Below, piece by piece: positions 50,445 to 63,145 of a DNA stretch of 64,000 nt. Position 1 is the first letter of the stretch. Each line of letters opens with the position of its first letter. This stretch comes from Amphiscolops sp. MND2022 (Eukaryota): contig OZ076409.1 in assembly GCA_964187785.1 (NCBI GenBank), positions 37,822,001 to 37,886,000 of the forward strand, given 5' to 3'. Made by a program: the position numbers and the translations under genes. Below the pieces are notes generated by a model. It did no database searches. It saw only the letters and a list, made by a program, of their open reading frames with translations, and had not been told where the DNA came from.

Positions 50445-50649
50445 TATGATAATTTGCTTTTATTTTTTCTTACATAGAAAAAAAATAGATTTTACATAGA
50501 AAACATAGTATTCAAATGTTCATGAAACGTTTCAAAGTTCTATATACAAAATCTCTCAATATTTCAAAAAAATGCGTTGTAAAACAAAACAGAATTTTAA
50601 TTTTTTCGGGTCATTTCAATGCTTTTTTCGAGCATGGAACACTCCAAAT

Positions 50650-52750
50650 AGTGACGATTCCTATTTAGCAATTGCCGCAGTAGCATACTCTGTTTACCAC
50701 TCTTCTACCTCTCAGCGTCCAACGACTTCTTTTATCTTCGGCAAAGCACGGGTTGCACCACTAAAACAGCATACTTTTACAAAACTTGAAATTCAAGCAG
50801 TTCTAATCGGATCTCCATTGTCGAAATTCGTCAAAAAAGCAAACAATTTTTACTGCGGACACTGTTCTTTGGACAGACAGCACCACCGTCTTGCAATGGA
50901 TTCGTGACTCCGAAAAACGGCAGCTAATTTTTGTCGCAAATCGTGTAGCCCAAATTTTAGACAACAGCAACGTTCGCCAATGGCAGCATTGCCCTGGAGA
51001 ACTAAACCCTGCAGATGACGGAACCAGTGGGTTACCATTGAAGGACTTCTCATCAAACTGCAGGTGGTTCTGTGGCCCATAATTCATACAGCAATTGGAA
51101 AATCAATGGCCTGCTGATCACTCCTCTGGTGGATTTCAAGAGGTGACTATCCAAAGCGCAGAAAGCAGCCCTCCATTGGGTCCAATCGTTGACTTCAAAA
51201 CATTCTCAGATTGGACGAAACTGGTCAGGGTCACTGCATCAGTTCTACGTGCAGTTCACATTTTTGGATCGTTTCGAAAGCGTGTTGATCACGATGACCA
51301 AGTGGTTGATTCAGGCTACTCGACAACCTCACGTGCCATCGAGCAAAATGTCTGGCTGGACTCCAGCACTAACAACTTGCTGCACGGCTCAAATCAGCCT
51401 GGCATTGCCCCAAGTTGCATTACGCCTCATGATATTTCAAATGCAAAACTTTACCTTTTACGTCAGTCCCAAAGAGACTCTTTTCGTCACGAAATGCTAG
51501 CTCTAGCCAACAAACAACGAGTTGAAAAAAGCAGTCGTTTGGTACAATTGAGTCCTTTTGTTTCAGCCGATGGCTTCATTCGAGCTGGAGGCCGCCTCCG
51601 AAAATCGGATTTTGATTATCGCCAAAATTATGCCATTATCTTGGATGGCAAACATCCTGTGGTTAAAATGTTTATACGCCATATCCACGTTACCAATAGT
51701 CATTCCTCTCTACAGCACACAAAAGCAATTCTTCAGAATGAGTTTTGGACGGAATTCGTAAAATGCTCAAACGTTGCCGCGATTGTTGCCGACAACATGG
51801 AGATGTCACCCCAATCACAGATGTCACCCCTCCCTGAATTCCGCTTCGCAGCTGAAAAACCTTTCCATTTCCAACAAACTGGTTTGGACTTGTTTGGTCC
51901 CATCGCTTCTAAATCTTCGTCTACCTACCACAAAAGATACGCTCTCATACTTACTTGTCTGACTACAAGAGCGGTTCATTTAGAAATGTGTGACTGATGC
52001 CACAATGAACGCCCTTAGACGTTTCTTTTCTCAGCGAGGTTATTCAGCGCAACTACTATCTGATCGAGGTACAAACTTCATTGCTGTCGAGAAAGAACTG
52101 CGAAAAAACTTTCGAGTCCACTCAAGTACATGACTTTCTCACAGATTCAGAAATACAATGGCATTTCAATCCTGCTCAGGCTCTTCATTTCGGAGGTGTG
52201 TGGTAAGGCCTGATTCGATCCTGCAAGGATGAGATTTACTCTATTCTCGGATGCCATGCCCTGACAGGTGACACCTTTACAACACTAGTCTGCGAAGTAG
52301 AAAATTTCTTGAACTGCCTTCCACTGACTAGTGTTTCTACAGATGTTCGTGACATAGAAGCGCTTACTCCTAATCTTTTTCTCTTGGAGAGAACTCATGC
52401 CAATATTCCTTTGACATTTTACCATGACAAGAGCACACCTTTGACTCGTCAATGGAAATTTGCCCAACAACTGGTCGACTACGTATGGAAGCAACTGCAG
52501 AAGAAAAAATACACAACTTTATTACCTAGAAAGAAATGGACAGCTAAAACAATAGATTTGAAACCTGGTACTCTAGTTTAGGTTTTAAAAGAGTTCACTC
52601 CAAGAAGTTTATGGCCTTTGGGTCGTATCATAAAGGCACTGCCACAAGATTCAACCCAATTCAAGAGATATCTTGTCAAAACTCAACTTGGTTGGAAGGA
52701 ATGTCCAGCTGTACGACTTGCACTTTTAAACTCAGTAGTTAGTTCCAGGT
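50650..52750 (+). pseudogene. pol: BEL/Pao retrotransposon fragment (RNase H and integrase)
   Basis: GKARVAPLK...KLE, FVANRV..I, NPADDGTSG, GGRLRKS, GLDLFGP, TCLTTRAVHLE, SDRGTNF, HFGGVW, WPLGRI. Confidence 0.95.
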
Positions 52751-54304
52751 AAACACCGTATGACAACGTTACGCATCGGGTGTTTTAATATTTCACCTTC
52801 GTAGTGATATGAATGTTTTTCTACACTTGATTTTTACAGCGCGGAGTTGTTTACGCCATTCATGATTAATGGCCTTTTTTCTTGCAGATGTTGATTGCAG
52901 TTAACGTTTTGTCAAAGTTTTTCAGTTTTGGATCAACTACTAGCAAAGATTTGGCGTTTTTTAGACCTTCAAGGTTTGAGACTACCTAAATGATAACCCT
53001 TATTTATTAAATCATAACAAAATAACTCAGCTCCAAAGGCGCATTGGTTGTTCCGTTTTATTTGGTTATCCAGTCATAGTGTTAGTGATCATCTCAAAGT
53101 AATATTCCACCTGGCTTCAAATCAATTCTCAAGAAAGATTCAACTCCGAGCTTCAGAACAAACTTTTCACACTTCCGGAATAGGCAATTAAACATTTCCG
53201 CCAACTTGGACTTCCGAAAAACTTTCTTCCACACAATTTATCATCAACTCAAACTCTTCCGTTGAATTACCTTTATTCAATCGATGCTTTGTTTACCTTG
53301 GAACTAAAATCTAATGAAAGGAATCTTTATATGAAATATTTTTCCCTTCAAAGCAATACACTCCCAGATTGATCGGAACGGTCAATAAACACTAGATAAT
53401 TGTTTCGAACATTGAAAAATCCGACCCTCCAATCCACCTGGGCCACTGCAATTACCCATGAGAAAAGGATCTTTGTTACAATATCGAACCCGCGACTCTT
53501 TTTCGAATAGCATAAACAAGCAGGGACCGGCCAAACTCGGCGGCCACTTAAGCTTCCGAACACCAAGTTTCTTAAATATGTAAAAGACAAATGTTTTGTG
53601 CCAAAAAAGAACTCAAGAGATACGCATAAGACTCGGAAACCACTGTTTACCCAACTGCAGGCACAAAAAATCCATTAAGTCATTGTGCCAAAAAAGTTTT
53701 CCAGCTCGCAAAATGCTTTTTCTCCAACCGAAATCAGCTAACCGATGGATTTCTCCCTATTTTTGCCAAATTAAAAACATTATGGTTTAGTGCGAGACTC
53801 CAACCCACGTACAGCTGCTTCTTAGACCTCGCCACCAGAACCGGAAATCCGCATTAACTACTAGGCCAGGTGGCAGTGACTTACTTTCAAGAAGGCCAAA
53901 ATTGAAGAAGAACCCATGTGTCGTATTCACCACCCAAGCGGCCGCAGGGGTAGAAATAAGACAAATAAGAAAAAATGGTTCAAATACCATATGTCGACAT
54001 TGTTTGCGTTGAAATTTTGGTCGAATAAAGTAATTGATGTCGACATAATCCTATCTATTACATTGACTCTCATTTAAAACTTGCTCATTAGATTTTATCG
54101 TGGAGAAAATCTGCGTTGGAATGGGGACCAATTTATCCGATTTTAACTTGTTCCAAACGTGGATTTCTGCTATTTGGAACAATTATCAGAAACTTATCAG
54201 AAAATTTTTGCCTGAAAATTTGTTGCCAGGGTAAATTTTCGCCTGAAGTGTCAAAACAGTTGTAGAGACAATCCTTTCAGTATTTACATTCATATATATA
54301 TGTG

Positions 54305-54562
54305 TTCGCGGACCATGTGTTCAAACCCCCCTAGCCCTCCCCAGGTACACCTTGTTGCGAATTCCCCCACCCCCCAACACGAGAGCACATTTTGTTCTTG
54401 AATAAAAAATATATCACAAATAAGAAAATACTATAGTATTTTCTTATTTGTGATATATTTTTTATTCAAGAACAAAATGTGCTCTCGTGTTGGGGGGTGG
54501 GGGAATTCGCAACAAGGTGTACCTGGGGAGGGCTAGGGGGGTTTGAACACATGGTCCGCGAA
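54305..54562. repeat. Perfect 258-bp palindrome with no spacer
   Basis: Centre AAATACTA|TAGTATTT at 54433/54434; arms 129 bp. Confidence 0.97.
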
Positions 54563-56011
54563 TTTGCTATTCGGATGTCAAATAATAAATTCACCAGATA
54601 ATAACTGATGTCACACTGAGCAGTTGAAGTGAATAGAATCGCTAAAGAATTGAATAGAATCGTTCAGATTACGTAACAAAATTTTGCTATCTTCACCAAA
54701 TATGGAAATTATTGACCCCAAGTTTGACATTGGGTAAATGAAAGATGACAAAGTGAAAGAAACAAACCAAAATTTCAACGCAAGCGATGTCGACATAATG
54801 GTATTTGAACCTTGCGTCTTATTTCCCCCCTGCGGGGGCGTAATTGAACACATGGTCCAAATTCGCTTCAAAAGATTCATAATTTCGATTTGCACGAAAT
54901 AAATTTGCTGTATTCTCCACTTGAATCCACCTGAAACCTTACCTTGAATTAATAAAGCTCCCCATCCTCCATTGATATCACAAAGAATCAAAAGTTTGTT
55001 TGAGCCGCACTCTTTGACCTCTCTGAATCTGCTTTTTGTTTTGATCTGACGTTTATAATAGTTTGAAATCTCAAATCGACCTTAAAATTTCTTCATTTAC
55101 TGAAGTAGAGAAGTCTTATTCTCTGTAATCACTTTTTCTTTAACCATTTTGACATTTTCAATTACACTATTTTGCGGCTTTTCAAATCTTCTGACAGCAG
55201 CAATTTTTTCTTCTCTTCAAGAGAAAAGTCTTGAGCAGAAAAAAACATTAAGGGGTGAACGAAAGATTGATCAAACACTTGTCAGAACTCAAGAAATCAA
55301 AGCTTCCAAAAATTTTTTGAAAACGAAAAAGCTTTTGAAAAAGTAGTCACCGTTCCGACCACTTTCTTTCACGTGTGTTCTTTCACTTTTTTTCACGTTT
55401 TTCAAGCGTGAATCAGTAATTTCAGGATTCGTAATAGGTTGTCCCGATAAGCTGAATTTTCATCCATGATTCATGGGTTCGTCATGCCAAGAATCTTTCC
55501 ATGGTCATGGAAAGATATCCATGATTCATGGATGATCATGGATGAAAAGCCATGAAGCCATGGATGACAATGGACGTAGACCCATAAAAAGGCCTTGATT
55601 TTCATTTATTTTGGTAATTGTAATACTCTTGAACACCAAACATGGTTACAGGTTTATAACTTTTTTCTCCAAGGTGACAGAGCTCATACTGAAAGGGTCC
55701 ATACTACTTTTTCCGAATAAACTCACTTTTTGCAACGCACCTTCAGCGTATCTGAGAAATAAACAACAGCCTCCGGTTTTTGTAACTTCTTGCAAACTTT
55801 TATGAAAATTTGATTGAGTTGCCATCTTTCTCTTATTATCCACATTTGATAAAAAAATAAACTACGAATAGAAATCTTAAAATCATTCAAACCTAGAATT
55901 CACAATAGAAACCACAAAATTGATTTTCTTCTCAACTGAATTTTTTGTTTCTGATTCAAAATTAATGTTTTCAGAAGAGATAATTGAATGTGGGTTGCAT
56001 TCTTGTTTCAG

Positions 56012-56140
56012 TTGAGTGCAACACGCGGTCACCCCACTCGAAAAGTGAACCCCCAAACAATACGGCCCAAGTGTACCTGCAGCAGGTGTTAGACGACATG
56101 CCCAAAACCGAGTCATGGGATCAAGCAACCACCATCACAG
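56012..56140 (+). CDS. Putative host-gene exon C (ECNTRSPHSKSEPP...DQATTIT)
   Basis: TTCTTGTTTCAG acceptor, CAG|GTTTGT donor, phase 1-1, compatible with exons B and D. Confidence 0.65.
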
Positions 56141-56168
56141 GTTTGTCACGTGACGATGAGTCACATTA

Positions 56169-57066
56169 CAGTGCATAGGCAAGCTATTTTGCTGCTTGTT
56201 GTGGAATCCGGGACACAAAATTGAGAAAAGTCGTGGAATCCAGGACAAAATTTCCCTTTGATGTTAGGCGTGTCTTGGAATCCACGACAGTGCTTGTCCT
56301 GGATTCCACGCCAATACTGCTGCTATAATGACGCTTTTGCCGCTGCTCTCTGATCCGCTGATTTTGAGTGATCATTATTGGAAAGGCAGGAGAACTTAAT
56401 TTAAATCAATTTTATATCGTTTGAAATTGTTTTGATTGACACGAAAAATCCCAAAGTACGAATAGAGATACTCATCACTGGTACCAAAATTGCAGCAAGT
56501 CATCAAATAATGGCAGATTGCGATGATCTGTCAGTTTGTTCAAAACTGGTACTAAACTTTAAAACATACGAATATTTGTGTAATATTGGTGTGTTAGTTT
56601 GAATGGTTTTGAATTAATTCATGAAAGGTAGTGCTGATCATGTTTGTTTATAATAATAATAATATTGAATTATAGAAAAATTAGAGAATTATTTGTTTGT
56701 ATTGATAATTTCGATGCTATGAATTGAATTATTTCAATTTAAAAAATTGTAATAATAAAAATCAATTGAATAATAATAATAAATCTTTCGGAGTCATGGG
56801 AATTAAGATTAATTTTCGGACTCGTGAATAGCAATCCCTCGACCGAATAAGTAAAAATTCACATTTTTGTGGAATCCCGGACTAAGCAGTATGCCGACAG
56901 TGCGTACAGCTAAGCATTTGTTACTGGAATCCACGACAAAATCCGTGGAATCCGGGACTTATGATGTAATTTGCCACTTTTGCACGGTTAAAGGTATGGT
57001 CTTGGAATCCGAGGTATTGAAAGCACAAAATTGTGCTTTGAGCAAATTTAGCTTGCCTATGCACTT
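56169..57066. mobile_element. TA-flanked Tc1/mariner-type MITE filling an intron
   Basis: TIRs CAGTGCATAGGCAAGCTA / TAGCTTGCCTATGCACT; subterminal TGGAATCC repeats. Confidence 0.85.
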
Positions 57067-57152
57067 TAATGCATACGACATTGGAAACGGTACATTGAAA
57101 ACGGTCAGAGCCAGCCGAAATAATTATTTGCTACTACTCTTGATGTTTATAG

Positions 57153-57354
57153 GCACTAGCGGTGGCACTTCTTCCCTAGAGAATGACTTCAACCTCGCCA
57201 ATGACCCCAGCGTGGGTCTCTTCGCACAAGGGGGAGGGGCAGTGCCCAAGGGCAAGCTGGGAAAGGTCGGCAAGGGATACAGTGCCAGTGGGGCCGTGCC
57301 CATCTACTTGGAGGGAAACTTAGAGGACGATGAAAGAGCTCCTTTGCTGGACAG
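57153..57354 (+). CDS. Putative host-gene exon D (TSGGTSSLEND...DDERAPLLDR)
   Basis: TGTTTATAG acceptor, GC-rich open frame, CAG|GTGAGC donor (or TGA stop at 57356-57358). Confidence 0.75.
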
Positions 57355-58430
57355 GTGAGCCAAGCAGTAGAGCAAGCGCTGAAAGACCAAATTTGTGAAA
57401 GAACGAGGCGGTAAAAGTAAAAGCTAGGAGCAAAACGCGTAAAACCTTGAAATACACTGAGGGGCTGTTTATGAGAAAGAAATTCACAATGCGGAAAAAC
57501 CATAAAGTAGTTGTCTGAAATGATACAGTAGTCCATTGGAAGTATATATAGGCTAGCTGGGCTTCAAAGCTAGGCTTCGAACTATTTTGAGATCTATCAG
57601 AACCAGATCAAAACTTCAAAAAACCCGTTTTAGAAGAAAAAACTTCTTGCTCTTCAGTTCCTTTCGGCACATTTCCAATCCCAACCGAGAACTAGAAACG
57701 GAAAACGCCCAGTTTTCACCACTTTCTTCCTTCCAGAAGCGTAAATAAAAATAATAAAAGACGTGGGCGTTTTTTCCGTTGCTTTTTCATGGGAGTTTTT
57801 TTCCGGACACATGTTTTTCCTACAACTTAAAAGTGTTATCTAGAACTTTCGAAACATCTTATCACCAATTTTTCTAATGGGCTGTTTTTGAATGTATGAT
57901 TTTTTTTAAAAAAGTTATAGCATATTTAAATATACAAACACTTTTTGAATACCTTGTTGTATTTTATTATACTTTAACAGCAACTCCATTGAAAAATTGG
58001 TTCAAAAATTTGGGGATTTTTGACTGCTCATAGCTAAATCCTTCAAAAAAGTTCGATATTCCATTTATAGTTATCAGGAAAAGCATCGTTGAGAGTTTTT
58101 GAAGACTTCATTAAAAATCTCTTCATATCTTGAGAAAAAGATACTGTTGAAGCATTTGCAAGAGACCAATGAAATGAGTTTTCTATTTGGTTTCATTGCT
58201 TATCGCAAGAGACATTCAGTAATGTCGTAGAGATACAAACGATCTATGATAAAGCACCGTCATGTACATGATTATTATTGTTGTTAGAACAACTGAACCA
58301 TAAAACGCGTTGACTATCTATGCACGTCGTAGTGCGCAGAAATCCTAGCCATAACCAAGCCACAATTCGTACTACAATTGGTGTGATGTCGTAGTGTTAT
58401 GCCGTAATCATGCGTATACGTAAGTGATAA

Positions 58431-59089
58431 AAGTCCTGTGATAAAAGAATGGAACCCCTAATTGATAATAATGTTTGTAACACCTAATTTCTCTGCCCAT
58501 ATCTCGGAAACTATTGATATTTAAAAAAATGCGTCTGTCTAATTTACAAACAGTTTTGATTACTTTTTGTTTATCAACCAGTTCGTCGCTGGCCACTGAT
58601 TGCACTGTCAAACTTTGAGGCACCTAGTATTAACATGTCCAAAGAAAATCGATAATCGTCACTGAATTAATTCCGGTACATGTATTAAGATTGGGTATAG
58701 ATTTAAGACTTATACATTTGTGATATTCTTTTTACATGTACACTCTAAGGTACTGAAAATTTTAGGGTACTGAAAATTTTCGAGTGTAATTAGCGAATGG
58801 GCACCTTTAACAATATTAAAAAGTAAATAATGAACAGCTTCCGCTCCTAATTTAGACTCAGCAACTGAATTTCCATATCTCTCTATGTCAAAATTGTTAT
58901 TTACAAACTTGTCTCACATTAGTTTTAAGGCTTCCAAAATTAGATGAATGTAAACTAGACAAAAATCCAAAAAACTTTTGTTTCCATCATATTTTGGAAA
59001 ATTTGACAGTTTTTGAGAAATTCGCAAACTCATTAGGCGTTCCAAACTTTAGTACCAAGCAGGGGTTCCATCCTTTTATCACAGGACTG
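58431..59089. mobile_element. Tc1/mariner-type MITE
   Basis: TIRs AGTCCTGTGATAAAAG.ATGGAACCCC / GGGGTTCCATCCTTTTATCACAGGACTG followed by TA. Confidence 0.8.
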
Positions 59090-59235
59090 TATACAGTCCT
59101 GTGATAAAAGGATGGAACCCCTGCTTGGTACTAAAGTTTGGAACGCCTAATGAGTTTGCGAATTTCTCAAAAACTGTCAAATTTTCCAAAATATGATGGA
59201 AACAAAAGTTTTTTGGATTTTTGTCTAGTTTACAT
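58948..59235. repeat. Perfect 288-bp palindrome with no spacer
   Basis: Centre GGACTGTA|TACAGTCC at 59091/59092; arms 144 bp. Confidence 0.97.
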
Positions 59236-59236
59236 A

Positions 59237-59380
59237 AAAATAGTTTGGTTTTCTGCTTCCGTCATCTAGTGACACGCTGTGTAGTCAACTAGATCGTGGT
59301 ACTGTGTATACACAGTACCACGATCTAGTTGACTACACAGCGTGTCACTAGATGACGGAAGCAGAAAACCAAACTATTTT
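59237..59380. repeat. Perfect 144-bp palindrome with no spacer
   Basis: Centre ACTGTGTA|TACACAGT at 59308/59309; arms 72 bp. Confidence 0.97.
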
Positions 59381-59851
59381 AAAGAACAATAAAGTACGAT
59401 TCAGTTCATCACACAACGTCACTCACTGAACGACAGAGATAGAAAAGCGGTGAACGTTACTTAAAAACAACCATCAGCAAGGTGAACGAACAGTAACGCT
59501 GCTTCCAACCCCAGCATCAATGAACTCTATCTCCAAATGCAAACTGAACTACGTGTGAAATTATATTGTAGCAGCAGATACAGAATAGGTAGTTTCACGA
59601 CCGAGAAAAAACTTTCGAAAATCGAAACAATCACCACTTGAAGAAATTGTCTAGAAATGTAAAATAATGCATCTGAGAGCGCCGTACTCTGAAGTGCCAA
59701 AAGCTGAATTGAAACGTCAGATTCGTTCACCGTTTAAGGCAATTTCAAGTCAGAAATAAATTTTATGATCAATCAATGTTATGCCAGAAGTTAAAAGAAA
59801 TGCTATTGCAAAAACAAGACGCCCGCTAAACACCGGGATATTTTTCGCCTA

Positions 59852-60920
59852 CCCGGGTCGACACTCCATGGATATCTTAGTAAGATCTTGGCAAGATCTT
59901 GCCAATATCTGGGAAAAATCTTAGCTAAGATCGTGACAAGATATTGCCAAGAATTGCAAGATGCCATGGTAAGATCTTATCAAGAGAGCCATGTTTCCAA
60001 GAAAAATCTTACTGAGAAGCCCAATATGGCAAGAAAAACCTTACTAAGAAGCCCATTATGGCAAGAAAAATCTAACTAAGAAGCCGAATATGGCAAGAAA
60101 AAAATTGCTACGAACTGCTCGATAGCGAGAAAAAGTAGAATCAGAAAACCATTAAATTAAGAGTTATGGAAAAATAATCTAAACATCACTCAAAACAAAA
60201 TTACTGAATGATTTTTATAACCATTTCGATATCGATATTGTTCTTTCAATTGCAAAATTGTCGCCAACAACCGCGTCAGAAAAGCCTTGAAGTGAATCAT
60301 TACCCGAATTAGAGCAATGACCGCCGTTTCTAGCAGTAGTAAGGCTGCTGAAACAGGCTCTAAGAATGCTGGAAATATGATATTTACAAAAATTTCAGGA
60401 TTTTAAGGTCTTTCCTTTGTAACTTTTCGATAGTGGGTCTGGATGTTTGGGAGCATATTTCTCCGCCTCTGGAATCGACAGGAGTGATAAATTACAAGTT
60501 TTGGAAAGCCCTTGAAATGACCTTTCATTTGGTACATTCGCATTTCTCAGTCCTAAACAGGTGAGCAGTTATTAGGATTCTCGTCAAAATTTTGGAAGCT
60601 AGACTACGTTATCGTAATTTTTCACGAATTTTTGCATGCAAAATGTTTTCAGCAGGTTTAAGCATTTTGATTATGGAAACGAGTAGAAATAGTCGTTATT
60701 GGGTGAAATGAGCCTTTAGATTGAGTCTCGGCTGCTTGTACCGAAGGTATAGTGTTTTTTTATAATCTTAAAATTTTGTCCATCGTGATAAGATACGATC
60801 TTGGAATAAGTATTATCTTAGTAAGATCTCAATAAGAATCTTGCCATGGGATCATCCATGGTTGCCAAGATGTAGTAAGAATTTGGCAAGATCTTGTCCT
60901 AGTAAGAGGGTCAACCCGGG
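59852..60920. mobile_element. TA-flanked MITE with subterminal AAGATCTTG(G/C)C repeats
   Basis: TA-CCCGGGTCGACACTC ... GAGGGTCAACCCGGG-TA. Confidence 0.8.
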
Positions 60921-60934
60921 TAGTCAAAAAAATC

Positions 60935-61004
60935 AGGCAGAAGCGAGATTTGAACCCATTCCCTACTGATTGATAGACGGCTGCACTACCAACTGAGCTA
61001 CATA
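60935..61004 (-). pseudogene. tRNA-derived SINE head or tRNA pseudogene
   Basis: Minus strand TGTAGCTCAGTTGGTAG (A box) ... GGGTTCAAATCTCG (B box) at tRNA spacing; acceptor stem does not pair. Confidence 0.65.
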
Positions 61005-63145
61005 CAGAGTTACATAAACCATTATATGGAGATTATGGAGATTTGGCAGAAATCTGAACAAAAGACGCAACACAAATTATAATTTAGTTCCCCTACACAT
61101 AAACTGTGGCGGAAAATAACAATGCGCCCGAGTAACTTAGTAAAATGGAAAAGTTATGCAGCATAACTATCACTCTGTAAAATTTATTGAAGTAGAACCT
61201 TAAAAGACATGCAATTCCTACTGCGATTCCTAGTTTCACGATTGATATGATCATACTACGATAAAAATGCTACATGTACTACTCCTTAGATAATCGTACG
61301 TGGAGCCATAAATAAGGGTCAACCCAGTAAAGTAGTAAAGTAAACAAAAAACAATTCGAGATACTAACTTTTTAGAAGCGTCAATTTTTTGTCTATTCCC
61401 TAGTTGAAAAATATCACATCTTTTACAAAATTGTTACAAAAACTCTTGTAACATAATGCATTATTTGACACTAACTCTAACAAGGTTCTTGCAAAACTTG
61501 CGAATTTCAGCTGAAAATTGTACAAAAAATGAAAAATTTTTACAAAACTCTTACAAAATTTGCATCGTTTGACTTGAGGAAATACTGCAACAAAAGTCGT
61601 TGCTAACTTAGATTTGACTCACGGCTAGCGTTGTTTGCATTCGGTGAATTGGAAAGTCAAATGCCCAGAATTGGAAATTTTTCGACGTTAGATATGAATG
61701 TGCGTCAATCTCAGCATGAAAGCGAATACGTTCTTTCGAAGGGATACAACGGCCTCAAAAGATGGCAATGTAGGCGAGAATCCAATACGTTGAAAACTGT
61801 CAACATCATCAGATCCTAAGCCCCTGTTCAACTACTATGTATTATATTGCTCTCACCCGAACTTTCCTGTGGCAGTTTTTGTCGCAGGCTGCCGCCTGTG
61901 ACGGTACGACAGTGACTACATCGGCAAACGGGCAGGAGTTTGTACCCGGAACACTACCTATCTATTGATCAGGTTAAAATACAGAACTTAAAACTTTCAC
62001 GCCATTTTGTTATTCAATACATATTATGTTTGTTAATGTTGCTAGCCTTAATATATACTTGTACATGTAAAATTAGTCTGTTAAAAGTTACATTTGAAGG
62101 TCCAAATAATGTAATTGTGGCTTTAAAGGTTGAAAGGTGCTTTGCAACTATAAAAGTAATACGTGGCAATATAGCTGTACAACGTAAAGGAAACGAGTTC
62201 AAGTGAGCGAAACTCTTATTCCGGAGACGTCACTTGAACTCAACATATTAGCCAATCACATCACTTCCCTTTGCTATATTAGTACTGCTTTGATTGTATA
62301 GTGGCCGAGTATGGCCAACTGACTCAATATATACACTGCACTACGCGCTTTGGTCAAATGGCCCGTTCCGGCCACATAGATGAAATGAACTGTATACTCA
62401 TGTAATTAACCATACTAATCGGAAACTGCTGTAAATGTACCCTTAAGGATGAATGAAAGCTTCCATACCAATCAGTGCACCTAATAGACCTAGTGTTAAA
62501 TTAAAGGCCAAATAAGGCTTTTGCCCTCCCTTATTATGATGCTAGATTAATAAACCGGATTTGTCCATTTTCGGCCTTGGTAAAAGGCGTGTTACTTTGA
62601 TAGTGTAGTATTGTTTTAAACAAGCCGAACATGTAATATTTGATCTTGTTTCAATCTATGTTAAATGATGAACACGGGCAACGCGTGTCAAAAGGGATGC
62701 CTTTTGCATTCCTTCAGTGAGTATTGATATTTGTTGACAAAGTAATAGTGATGATGTTTTCATAAAACAATACTTAAAGGTGCGGCTTGTATACTTATCG
62801 ATGCGTTATTTATTTGATGTTGAATTCCTTGGAATTACCTGAATGTCAGGAATTTACCCGGTTGAGGCTTCAAACAAATATGTGCTTTGAAGTGTTGGTT
62901 ACTTTACTAGTAATAATGATGATGTTTATCCCGTGACCTGTTACGGCCACGATCATGTAATATTTGTCTTGATCAAAGAATCCGTGGAATGTGACTGTCA
63001 CGTTTCGAGAGTATATATACCCATGTGTCGAGAGGAAAGGTCATGATTTCCACATCCTTGCTTTGATAAAGATTGAATTGACATAGCGATTCCTAACTAG
63101 TTTTCTGGTTTAAATAATTGAATTATTTGACCCAGTCCTGTCTTA

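Noticed and set aside
53000..53700. Possible minus-strand MULE transposase relic
   Set aside because: Motifs too fragmentary to support a call
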